Positions 1 to 8,449 of a stretch of DNA of 20,000 nt are shown here, one piece after another. The notes under the pieces were generated by a model. The model made no database searches. It saw only the letters and a list, made by a program, of their open reading frames with translations, and was not told the origin of the DNA. The DNA comes from an uncultured virus (IMG/VR IMGVR_UViG_3300044635_001663) (Duplodnaviria; Heunggongvirae; Uroviricota; Caudoviricetes). The stretch spans positions 106,337-126,336 of IMG/VR virus record IMGVR_UViG_3300044635_001663. One strand, written 5' to 3'. Numbering within the stretch: the stretch's first letter is position 1; each line of letters opens with the position of its first letter. Position numbers and translations under genes: made by a program.

Positions 1-90
1 ATCAAATACTTGCCAGTGAGTCATCACATTTCTACTATAAAATCGGAAGTTCCCGACCAGTGGAAGATTTATTTTAAAGATTTTCAGTAA
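1..90 (+). CDS. 3' end of a hypothetical protein (partial; ...IKYLPVSHHISTIKSEVPDQWKIYFKDFQ*)
   Basis: Frame 1 is open from base 1 to TAA at 88-90, which overlaps the next ATG (TAATG). Confidence 0.6.
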   Translation: MKYLPVSHHISTIKSEVPDQWKIYFKDFQ

Positions 91-440
91 TGCCAACATA
101 TTCTTATTATTGTGACAAGTGTAAACTAGGATTTGAGTTATTCTCCCATATAAGAGATTATGTGGAATCACCCAAATGTGTTCAATGTGGAAAAACATCA
201 TGTACATATAGACAATATATCAAAGATATTAGTACACAAAATGTATCTGTTAAAAAATCAGATAGCGAACTCAAAACATTGGGAGATTTAGCAAACAGAA
301 ATAGAGATAGATTAAGCGAAGACCAAAAACAAGCATTAGATCAAAAACATAATGATTATAAAGAAATAGAATCTACCAAAGAATTGCCTAGTGGTATGTC
401 TAGGATGAAGAAAACCAAAGTTAAGAACAAGTGGACCTAA
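90..440 (+). CDS. FmdB-family zinc-ribbon protein (putative regulator)
   Basis: N-terminal MPTYSYYCDKC...FE...PKCVQCG matches the FmdB pattern MPxYxYxCxxC...CxxCG. Confidence 0.8.
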   Translation: MPTYSYYCDKCKLGFELFSHIRDYVESPKCVQCGKTSCTYRQYIKDISTQNVSVKKSDSELKTLGDLANRNRDRLSEDQKQALDQKHNDYKEIESTKELPSGMSRMKKTKVKNKWT

Positions 441-459
441 TAAATTAAGAAAGAAAATC

Positions 460-849
460 ATGACTATTTTTAATCCATCTAGCTGCTTTAAAGAAGACCC
501 ACTAAATGATTCATTAGAAGAGACTTATTACACTCTAATAGGATCAGAAGATAAACTTGATTCTGAAAATCTGCCTATTAGATCTAAGCTAGACAGTAAG
601 GTATACGCTAAGAAAATTATGAGAGCTGACCAAACGGTAAAGTATTTAATTAGATTAGATCGTAATGGAAAACTCTTCAACCCTATTTCTTTTTATGGCG
701 AAGAAAAGAATAATAATTTTTTGGATAGAGTCTGTAGGTCAAATGATAAATTCAAACAGGTTAGTCAGAAAACATTTAATTTGTATGCAGAATTTCTAAA
801 ATCAAAAAATCCAGCATGGCTTAATAATGCAGAAAGGGAGACTGAATAA
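460..849 (+). CDS. Hypothetical phage protein, paralogue of 2458..2814
   Basis: 129-aa ORF with TAATG coupling to the next gene; shares YAK, KLFNP and KQV..F..Y..FL motifs with 2458..2814. Confidence 0.75.
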   Translation: MTIFNPSSCFKEDPLNDSLEETYYTLIGSEDKLDSENLPIRSKLDSKVYAKKIMRADQTVKYLIRLDRNGKLFNPISFYGEEKNNNFLDRVCRSNDKFKQVSQKTFNLYAEFLKSKNPAWLNNAERETE

Positions 850-1193
850 TGTCAAGAATTAATAGAACACAATCATATGCAGCTCTATGGCTGAATCATT
901 TAGGTTGGCCAGTAGAAAAAATATCTAATGAACTAGAAATAACGGATAATCAGGTATTAGGGGTTATTAAAAAAGAAAAAGAAAAGGGTAGTTCTTCTGC
1001 AATCAAAACAGCTTCGTCCTCAACCAGTGCATCAAAATCAAAGCACTTGATGATAACAGACTCAGCTAATAACAAAAATAACGTAGCCATTATGACCAAA
1101 GAAGCATCTGCCTTAAATGATGATTTCAAAAAGCAAAATCCCCCAACAACTGAAAATAGATTTTCCAAGAATATTTTTAGGATTAACGAATAA
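849..1193 (+). CDS. Hypothetical protein with possible N-terminal helix-turn-helix
   Basis: LGWPVEKISNELEITDNQV resembles an HTH, followed by a Ser/Lys-rich linker; TAATG coupling at both ends. Confidence 0.6.
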   Translation: MSRINRTQSYAALWLNHLGWPVEKISNELEITDNQVLGVIKKEKEKGSSSAIKTASSSTSASKSKHLMITDSANNKNNVAIMTKEASALNDDFKKQNPPTTENRFSKNIFRINE

Positions 1194-1576
1194 TGAGCAA
1201 TATGCCACAGATGGATCCTAATCAAATCCAAGCAATGATTGTAATGTTACAGTCTATGCTTTCTCAACAAACAAATGTTTCAGATGCTCCTAGTGCCAAA
1301 CCTAAAAAACCTCGTTCTAAAAAGGCATCCAATCAATCTACCAGTAATGGTAGAATTAATAAATTTGATTCGATGACCGAGAAAAATTTACATAAAGAAG
1401 ACATAGAAATAGACCGTAAGTTAAGTCAGATACCGCCAGTTCCTAGGGCTCGTAAGTTTAGTACTTTAAATGTTCAGTGCAGAGTATGTGGTAAGAGAGA
1501 AGAGATTAACCCTACCTTATTATCAGATGCTCCGGATAGATACAAATGTAATAAATGTTCAGTAAGTCCTGGTTAA
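1193..1576 (+). CDS. Hypothetical protein with C-terminal C4 zinc finger
   Basis: CRVC...CNKC at the C-terminus; Gln/Met-rich N-terminus and basic low-complexity linker. Confidence 0.7.
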   Translation: MSNMPQMDPNQIQAMIVMLQSMLSQQTNVSDAPSAKPKKPRSKKASNQSTSNGRINKFDSMTEKNLHKEDIEIDRKLSQIPPVPRARKFSTLNVQCRVCGKREEINPTLLSDAPDRYKCNKCSVSPG

Positions 1577-1582
1577 AATATA

Positions 1583-1825
1583 ATGGAATATATAGAAGAA
1601 TTAGAATCTGGTACTATTTTCCGTTCAAACGAGGATCATTATTTTTTATTGACTTCTGATTTTAAACAAAACGGAAGCAGACTGTGTTACTCTATAAAGA
1701 ACGGCTTGCCCCAATGGTTCCCTTCCGATACTATAGTGTCAAGGGATACCGTTTATACTCTTGACAAAGACCATAATATATGTCCTATAAAACCTATACA
1801 ATCTCAATATCCAGAAAAATCTTAA
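1583..1825 (+). CDS. Small hypothetical protein (probably beta-rich)
   Basis: 80-aa ORF filling the gap in a co-oriented gene array. Confidence 0.6.
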   Translation: MEYIEELESGTIFRSNEDHYFLLTSDFKQNGSRLCYSIKNGLPQWFPSDTIVSRDTVYTLDKDHNICPIKPIQSQYPEKS

Positions 1826-2055
1826 CTTTTCTTAAGGCTTTATTCTGGCATATTAATGCAGGATTTCCCAAGGCTACCTCTGATGAAATAAGAGATAGAT
1901 TAAATATTTGCATGTCTTGTGAATATATGGAAAAAACTAAGTCTCAGTGTTTGATGTGTGGATGTAATTTGTCTAATAAAAAAGTTTTTATGAATAAACT
2001 AGCATGGGCAGATCAAGAGTGTCCTGTTCAGAAATGGAAGAAAATTAAAAGATGA
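1780..2055 (+). CDS. DUF6171-like Cys-rich small protein
   Basis: RLNICMSCE...CLMCGC...K...CPVQKW pattern typical of this phage family; ATGA coupling downstream. Confidence 0.7.
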   Translation: MSYKTYTISISRKILTFLKALFWHINAGFPKATSDEIRDRLNICMSCEYMEKTKSQCLMCGCNLSNKKVFMNKLAWADQECPVQKWKKIKR

Positions 2056-2465
2056 ACACAGAAGAATATAAGCCTCCGCTACCTCATGATATAGTATCTC
2101 AATATATATCAGAAGAAGAATTAGAGCTTTTACAAAAACTAGAAGGCAAACTTAGACAAGCTGAACAGGCGTTGTCTGAGGAGGCTCAAAAATTTTGTCA
2201 ATTCCAACAAGCTTGTGCCACAGATACAACAAACCAAGAGGAAGTATTGGGGCCTCGTCCATATATGGTGAACATACAAATAGTTTGCGATGTATTACAG
2301 GAACAGCCGGATATGACAGGATCTAATATGGTCGAAAGAATCCATAAAACATATATGGCAGATTTTATAACAGATAACTATAAAACAGTTATTGATACAT
2401 TATACAATAATATAGAGTCTTTGCTCACGGACACCTGTAAGAATACTATAAAAAACGATGAGTGA
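2052..2465 (+). CDS. Hypothetical acidic protein with N-terminal coiled coil
   Basis: 137-aa ORF with ATGA overlap; heptad-like EELELLQKLEGKLRQAEQAL. Confidence 0.65.
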   Translation: MNTEEYKPPLPHDIVSQYISEEELELLQKLEGKLRQAEQALSEEAQKFCQFQQACATDTTNQEEVLGPRPYMVNIQIVCDVLQEQPDMTGSNMVERIHKTYMADFITDNYKTVIDTLYNNIESLLTDTCKNTIKNDE

Positions 2466-2814
2466 GATTTGGTTTACTTCTCGTAGTCATAGCAACGGAT
2501 GTGATAAAAATAATAATTACATCACAGACGATTCTGCGAAAACTTATGCTAAAATTATCGTAGATAATAACTCTATAACTTTTTATATTAAAGGTGGTAA
2601 ATACGCCAAACTGTTTAATCCAAATGGTTTTTGGCTAAACAGCTCAGGACATTACGATAAACAAGAAAATTTTGATTTTTGGACATGGAAACAAGTTACA
2701 AAAGATATCTTTGATGCGTATTTATTGTTTTTACGCACAGAAAGCTATATTCATTTAGGACTAGCAGAGAAGCTGTATTTAAAATATGACAATGTATCCG
2801 TCGAAATACTCTAA
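2458..2814 (+). CDS. Hypothetical phage protein, paralogue of 460..849
   Basis: Motifs KTYAKII, KLFNP, WKQVTKDIFDAYLLFL and LAEK are colinear with 460..849. Confidence 0.7.
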   Translation: MSEIWFTSRSHSNGCDKNNNYITDDSAKTYAKIIVDNNSITFYIKGGKYAKLFNPNGFWLNSSGHYDKQENFDFWTWKQVTKDIFDAYLLFLRTESYIHLGLAEKLYLKYDNVSVEIL

Positions 2815-3214
2815 CGGAAAAACCGTTACAGCAGCACAGTATATTACAGAAATGATCTGTGAAAACCTAGCGAAGAAAAAAAATAAAGACCTGCATTATA
2901 GGTTCTGGTTAAATGTAGAATGGTGCAAATTTTATAAGTCGCAGATTTTTACTGCTCATAAACTACTTAAAAAACACACAGACAAGGCTATCATAGCTGC
3001 TCTTAAGAGTGAGAAAGGCAGAAAAATTTTCTCATTGAGGGCTCCACATTTGGAAGCTATCATTATACAGCAGCAAGTCGTCATAGATGCAAAAAATAAC
3101 GACATATCAAAAGAAATTATCCGGGTAGATAAGTCTATTGGTGGCGTAGCTAATAATAAAAATACGAAGAAATCTATCATAGAAAAATTAAAGGAACTAG
3201 ATAATGAAAATTAA
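2786..3214 (+). CDS. Hypothetical basic protein upstream of the recombinase
   Basis: 142-aa Lys-rich ORF overlapping both neighbours. Confidence 0.7.
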   Translation: MTMYPSKYSNGKTVTAAQYITEMICENLAKKKNKDLHYRFWLNVEWCKFYKSQIFTAHKLLKKHTDKAIIAALKSEKGRKIFSLRAPHLEAIIIQQQVVIDAKNNDISKEIIRVDKSIGGVANNKNTKKSIIEKLKELDNEN

Positions 3215-4223
3215 AGAGAGCGTTAAAAAAGATTTTGGAGATAATATTATTGTTAGTGCCGCCTCTGTTGTGGATAAAAAGTCTGTTATTATTCCTGTGA
3301 GTCCAGCTATAGATATGGTCTTAAATGGTGGTATCCCAGAGGGAAGCTTTGTGGTCTTGACAGGTCAACCAAAGTGTGGTAAAACCACCACATCACTAAC
3401 GTTTGCTGCAACAGCACAGAATCCTATATACGGTTCTGGTACGTTCAAAGATGGCAGGGAAGTGTACTACCTAAATATAGAAGGTAGATTGAAGAAACGA
3501 GACCTAGAAGGAATACCCGGATTAAATTTCGATAAGTTTCATGTTATCGGATCTCAAATGGGAAAGATATTACATGCTGAAGAATATTTACAAATAGCAG
3601 AAAGAATCATTAATGAAGAACCTGGATCAGTACTAATCATAGACTCATATTCTGCTTTATGTACGGAAGCAGAAATTACAAGTGATATGGATAAGATGCA
3701 AAGAGCAGATGGAGCAAAACTATTAGCAAAATTTTGCCGCAAAGTAGCTAATGTTATACCTGTTAATAAAAATGTTGTTATAGGCATTACACACTTAATG
3801 GGTAATCCAACAGGATACGGAGCAGAGTTCAAAGAAAAATCTGGTCAAGCAATAGCATATCAAACGGACATAAAATTAAGAGCAAAAACTTTTAAGCCTT
3901 GGCTAGTAGGAACAGAAAATACACAAATAGGTCAAGAGGTTGAGTGGCAAACTATTTGTTCTGCCTTGGGACCGCCGGGAGGGTCTATTACAAGCTATAT
4001 TAGATACGGATATGGAATAGATAGATACACAGAAATTATTACTATAGGTACTGATGTTGGACTGATATCTAAAGCTGGATCTTGGTATACCTTAGATTTC
4101 ATTAAGGATAGTACAACTAAGTTTCAGGGAACAGAAAAAATTCGCCAGTTTTTAATAGAAAACGAAGAAGCATATAATGAACTATATAAACAAATAAACG
4201 AAATTCTTGGACATAATAAATAA
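3204..4223 (+). CDS. recA: RecA/UvsX-like recombinase
   Basis: DMVLNGGIPEG, Walker A GQPKCGKTT, catalytic Glu in LNIE, Walker B LIIDS, C-terminal GLISKAGSWY; AAGGA RBS upstream. Confidence 0.92.
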   Translation: MKIKESVKKDFGDNIIVSAASVVDKKSVIIPVSPAIDMVLNGGIPEGSFVVLTGQPKCGKTTTSLTFAATAQNPIYGSGTFKDGREVYYLNIEGRLKKRDLEGIPGLNFDKFHVIGSQMGKILHAEEYLQIAERIINEEPGSVLIIDSYSALCTEAEITSDMDKMQRADGAKLLAKFCRKVANVIPVNKNVVIGITHLMGNPTGYGAEFKEKSGQAIAYQTDIKLRAKTFKPWLVGTENTQIGQEVEWQTICSALGPPGGSITSYIRYGYGIDRYTEIITIGTDVGLISKAGSWYTLDFIKDSTTKFQGTEKIRQFLIENEEAYNELYKQINEILGHNK

Positions 4224-4633
4224 TGGAAGTACAGGATCTTGATGGAAATTGGCACAACTGGAGTTTGCATGGACATATAGCAAAAGGTTCTTTAACTAAT
4301 AAATCTAGTTTACATTTACGTGCTAGACAAATATTAAAAGAACATTATCCTACTATGCAAATTCTAGAAGAGGTACCTATTACCGTTAGACGTTCTGAAA
4401 CTTTATATCTAGATTTTTATATTCCATTAATTAAAAAATGCATAGAGGTTCATGGAGAACAACATTATAAGTTTGTTCCTTTTTATCATACTAATAAACT
4501 GAACTTCTTAAAATCCAGAAAAAGAGATAAACAAAAACAGGAGTGGTGCTTTCTCAATAATATACAATATATTGAGTTTCCACATTTTGATACAGACAAA
4601 TGGAAAGACATTATAAATGAAAAAAACAGCTAA
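4223..4633 (+). CDS. DUF559/Vsr-like PD-(D/E)XK endonuclease
   Basis: EEVP...LDFYIP...IEVHGEQHY...RDKQKQEWC...NIQYIEF matches the DUF559/DUF2726-type pattern. Confidence 0.8.
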   Translation: MEVQDLDGNWHNWSLHGHIAKGSLTNKSSLHLRARQILKEHYPTMQILEEVPITVRRSETLYLDFYIPLIKKCIEVHGEQHYKFVPFYHTNKLNFLKSRKRDKQKQEWCFLNNIQYIEFPHFDTDKWKDIINEKNS

Positions 4634-5111
4634 AGAAGAATTACAGAACTGGGATAGTATCTTGGACGAATATGAGCATGGTCTCAATATTCCAAAATAT
4701 GCTGCTAATCCAGACTCATTACCAGAGGATGAACTCAATAATTATCTCACTATGGATAGAAAGTCTTTGGAAAGTCTATCTCCAGAAGATTGTGGACAAA
4801 TTGCATATAGGTTAGGCCAATATGCTTTTTATATACAAAGAACTATTAATAGAGAAACAGCAAGATATAATTGGGCAGATGAGACGATCAAGGAAGTAAT
4901 AGCTGATGAATTAAATAATTATAAAGGATATGGCTATGTTGAAAAATCAATTCAGGCTATTAAACACAACGACAAAGCTGAAGCCCTCAATGCTATAAAG
5001 AAATACGCTAAACAAAGAACAGATAGATTACTTTATATAGCCACATCAATTAAAAACTTATCTGATATACTATTATCTATTCAACGAAACAAAATCAAAA
5101 ACTTGAACTAA
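4617..5111 (+). CDS. Alpha-helical protein, possible recombination mediator (UvsY-like) or helicase loader
   Basis: 164-aa helical ORF between the recA/nuclease genes and dnaB; function inferred from context only. Confidence 0.6.
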   Translation: MKKTAKEELQNWDSILDEYEHGLNIPKYAANPDSLPEDELNNYLTMDRKSLESLSPEDCGQIAYRLGQYAFYIQRTINRETARYNWADETIKEVIADELNNYKGYGYVEKSIQAIKHNDKAEALNAIKKYAKQRTDRLLYIATSIKNLSDILLSIQRNKIKNLN

Positions 5112-5112
5112 C

Positions 5113-5143
5113 TTGACAACAACAGCCACGGACAGATTATAAT
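5113..5143 (+). promoter_or_regulatory. Putative sigma70-type promoter upstream of dnaB
   Basis: TTGACA at 5113-5118 and TATAAT at 5138-5143 (19-nt spacer) in one of the few intergenic gaps. Confidence 0.55.
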
Positions 5144-5146
5144 ATA

Positions 5147-6613
5147 ATGTCAAAAGAACAAATGATACTCTGCGATCCATCCGCAGAAAGAGCCGTATTA
5201 GCGATTCTGTGCCAATATGGTCGAGAATATTACTATGAAGTAGCCGATATCTTGTCGGAGGAAACATTTTATATAGACAGCAATATAGTTCTGTATAAAT
5301 GTATTAAGAATGTTTTTGAAAAGCAGGAAGTACAAAAACTAGACATAGCATCAATATACTCTGCTGCTAAGAGTCTAGATTTGGACTTTATCTTAAATAA
5401 AAAAGAAGAAACTCAGCATCTAAAAGCTATACTAGATTTTCCAGTTAATGCTGCAAATCTTAATTCTTTTACTAGTAAAATTACTAAACTGTCCATTGCT
5501 CGTAAGCTTTATAAAAAGCTTGACGAAGTAAAGAAGGGCTTATTAGACGTAAATGGGTCGGAATCTATATCAAAAATTCTAGGTATAGCCGAAGACCCTA
5601 TTCTCGGTTTTGCTTCATCTCTTAGCGATGGAGATAATAGGCCGGAACTAATTCATCAAAATATTGATGATTATATGGATAATCTGAAAAACAATCCTAT
5701 AGATCAGGTTGGTATATCCACAGGTTTTCCTGCATATGACTTTGCTATTGGTGGAGGTTTGCGTCGTAGCACCATTAATGTTATCGCTGCAAGACCTAAG
5801 ACAGGAAAAACATTATTGTCAGATAATATGGGTAGAAATATTGCTAAACTAGGTATACCAGTTTTAAACATGGATACCGAAATGACAAAAAATGACCATA
5901 TTCATAGATTACTAGCAATGATGACGGAAATAGATATATCAAAAATCGAAACAGGAAAATTTAATGAATCTCCAAACCTAAATACAAAAATAGAAAAAGC
6001 TATCTCTGAACTTAAAAGTACTCCAATCTATCACAAGTCTATTGCTGGGAAATCTTTCGATGAGCAAATGAGTATTATGAGAAGATGGATTGTTCAAGAG
6101 GTCGGACTGAATGACGATGGGTCTGCCAAGCCGTGTGTCATATTTTATGATTATCTGAAACTAATGGATACTCAGGGCATGTCTCAGGATATGAAAGAAT
6201 ATCAGGTTTTGGGATTCATGATGACATCTCTGCATAATTTTGCTACCAAATATCAGATTCCTATTGTAGCTTTTGTTCAGTTAAATAGGGATGGTATTAC
6301 GAAAGAAAGCACGGATACCGCGAGCGGATCAGATCGTATTATCTGGTTATGTAGTAATTTTACTATCTTCAAGCGGAAATCTGAAGAAGAGATGGCGGAA
6401 GATGGTCCCGATAATGGTAATAGGAAATTATTGCCACTAGTGAGTAGGCACGGAGGAGGATTGGACGATAACGATTACATTAATTGTTATATGAAGGGAT
6501 GGTGTGCAAAAATTACAGAAGGTAAAACAAGATTGGAGTTAGTCAATGGAAACGGCAGCAACGATGGATTCACCATACAAGAATCAAACTCAGAAGAAAT
6601 TCCGTTCAATTGA
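5147..6613 (+). CDS. dnaB: Replicative DNA helicase DnaB (true start possibly ATG 5162)
   Basis: N-terminal AERAVL...LSEETFY, TGFPAYD..IGGGL, Walker A ARPKTGKT, TEM, DYLKLM, QLNR. Confidence 0.93.
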   Translation: MSKEQMILCDPSAERAVLAILCQYGREYYYEVADILSEETFYIDSNIVLYKCIKNVFEKQEVQKLDIASIYSAAKSLDLDFILNKKEETQHLKAILDFPVNAANLNSFTSKITKLSIARKLYKKLDEVKKGLLDVNGSESISKILGIAEDPILGFASSLSDGDNRPELIHQNIDDYMDNLKNNPIDQVGISTGFPAYDFAIGGGLRRSTINVIAARPKTGKTLLSDNMGRNIAKLGIPVLNMDTEMTKNDHIHRLLAMMTEIDISKIETGKFNESPNLNTKIEKAISELKSTPIYHKSIAGKSFDEQMSIMRRWIVQEVGLNDDGSAKPCVIFYDYLKLMDTQGMSQDMKEYQVLGFMMTSLHNFATKYQIPIVAFVQLNRDGITKESTDTASGSDRIIWLCSNFTIFKRKSEEEMAEDGPDNGNRKLLPLVSRHGGGLDDNDYINCYMKGWCAKITEGKTRLELVNGNGSNDGFTIQESNSEEIPFN

Positions 6614-7718
6614 TCAGCAGCAACTCAAAGTAATTTGTGATGCTGCCTGTGATAAAATTACGGACCTATTTCATTATTTTAATTTAGAGTATCGTGAGAA
6701 CTCTAAGTTTTATAGTATGTGTTGTCCTATTCATAAGGGAGACAACCCGTCTGCTCTAAATATATATCATATAGGAGATTCTTATAGAGGTAACTGGAAA
6801 TGCAGAACTCATCAATGTGAAAAAATATTCAAAGGGTCTATTATTGGATTTATTAGAGGTATTATATCTCAACAAAAATATGATTGGCAAGAAGAAGGGG
6901 ATGATATAGCTTCGTTTAATGAAGCATTAGAATTTATACAAAAATTTGTCAACATAGATGCTGCTCATCTTTCTGTCGATCCTACTGTCAAAGATAAAAA
7001 TATGTTCGTGGCTAATATGTCTATTGTTAGCAAAACATCAAAAAATACATCACATCAATATCCAACTAGAGAATCTGTAAGAAATCTCTTAAATATTCCT
7101 AGTCCATATTTTTTACAAAGAGGATTTTCAGGTGAAATTTTAGACAAATATGATGTGGGAGACTGTACTGTTGTTGGAAAAGAAATGAATAATAGAGCAG
7201 TGGTTCCTATTTATGATACGACACATCAACATATGGTTGGGTGCTCTGGAAGAAGCGTATGCGACAAATGCGACTCATGCGGAGGACACCACAATGCCGA
7301 TATAAAGTGTGAAATAGGTAGGACATTCAGTAAATGGAGACATAGCAAGGGGTTTGCTACACAAACTTCATTATATAATTTATGGTATGCTAAAGAATAT
7401 GTTCAAAAAACAGGCTCTATTATCATAGTGGAGAGTCCTGGTAATGTTTGGAAATTAGAAATGGCTGGAATTCATAATGCTGTTGCTATTTATGGATCTT
7501 CGATGACAGATAAACAAAAAATGTTATTGGATATTTCTGGTGCTATGAATATATATTTATTATTGGATAACGACGAAGCCGGACATAGCGGCAGAAAAGT
7601 AATAGAAAGTAAATGTCATAAAACATATAATATATATAATATACATATCGATACAAACGACGTAGCCGATATGAGTGTGGAACAAATTCAGGAAGTTATA
7701 GGAAAACAAATACAATGA
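6546..7718 (+). CDS. dnaG: DnaG-type DNA primase (zinc-binding plus Toprim domains)
   Basis: CPIHKGDNPS...WKCRTHQC zinc domain, YFLQRG, RAVVPI..VGCSGR, Toprim IIIVE and LDNDEAG; GGAG 7 nt before ATG 6546. Confidence 0.9.
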   Translation: METAATMDSPYKNQTQKKFRSIDQQQLKVICDAACDKITDLFHYFNLEYRENSKFYSMCCPIHKGDNPSALNIYHIGDSYRGNWKCRTHQCEKIFKGSIIGFIRGIISQQKYDWQEEGDDIASFNEALEFIQKFVNIDAAHLSVDPTVKDKNMFVANMSIVSKTSKNTSHQYPTRESVRNLLNIPSPYFLQRGFSGEILDKYDVGDCTVVGKEMNNRAVVPIYDTTHQHMVGCSGRSVCDKCDSCGGHHNADIKCEIGRTFSKWRHSKGFATQTSLYNLWYAKEYVQKTGSIIIVESPGNVWKLEMAGIHNAVAIYGSSMTDKQKMLLDISGAMNIYLLLDNDEAGHSGRKVIESKCHKTYNIYNIHIDTNDVADMSVEQIQEVIGKQIQ

Positions 7719-8449
7719 CAAAAATTATAGGTTTTTCAGGTAAAAAACAATCTGGCAAAAGCAGCTGTGCTAATTTTTTATACGCTAATTTTTTAGCAAA
7801 TACGAATGCCTTTACTAAGGTAATTATGAATAACTTCGGACAAATAGAAGTTATTAAACCAGATAATTCTCAACATATTGTTGACGTATTTGATTATTAT
7901 CATCTTCGACCAAATATTGATACTTATATTTTAGATGTTATACAAAAATTGTCTGGATCAATTAAAGTCTATAGTTTTGCAGATATTCTGAAAAAACAAA
8001 TATGTATCGACATACTAGGATTAACATACGAACAGTGTTACGGCACAGATGAACAAAAAAATACAACGACCGATATGAGCTTAGACGGTCAGTCTCTAAC
8101 AGCTAGAGAAGTTATGCAAATTGTCGGCACAGACTTTTTTAGAAAAATCAAAGTAGATATTTGGCCAGAATCAACAATAAGAAAAATTTTAATGGACCAA
8201 CCACAAATTGCTCTTATTAACGACTGTAGATTTCCTAATGAAGTAGCTGCAATCAAAAATCATAATGGCTGTGTTATCAGGCTAACAAGAAATATTTATG
8301 GAGATGACTCATCTCATGAATCAGAAAATATTTTGAATCAAGATAGATACGATTGGAATAATTTTAATTATATATTGGATAATAGTAATCTAGATATACT
8401 TCAACAGTCAGAACAATTATTTCCAATTTTTATAGAAAACATAAAATGA
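7715..8449 (+). CDS. Deoxynucleoside monophosphate kinase (T4 gp1-like)
   Basis: IIGFSGKKQSGKS P-loop, SFADILK, TAREVMQIVGTD, DCRFPNE. Confidence 0.88.
   Translation: MTKIIGFSGKKQSGKSSCANFLYANFLANTNAFTKVIMNNFGQIEVIKPDNSQHIVDVFDYYHLRPNIDTYILDVIQKLSGSIKVYSFADILKKQICIDILGLTYEQCYGTDEQKNTTTDMSLDGQSLTAREVMQIVGTDFFRKIKVDIWPESTIRKILMDQPQIALINDCRFPNEVAAIKNHNGCVIRLTRNIYGDDSSHESENILNQDRYDWNNFNYILDNSNLDILQQSEQLFPIFIENIK

Noticed and set aside
1761..1791. TTGACA...TATAAA promoter-like motif
   Set aside because: Inside coding sequence, 19-nt spacer, and expected by chance in AT-rich DNA.
7620..7650. TA-rich microrepeat
   Set aside because: It simply encodes TYNIYNIHI in the primase; no array structure.
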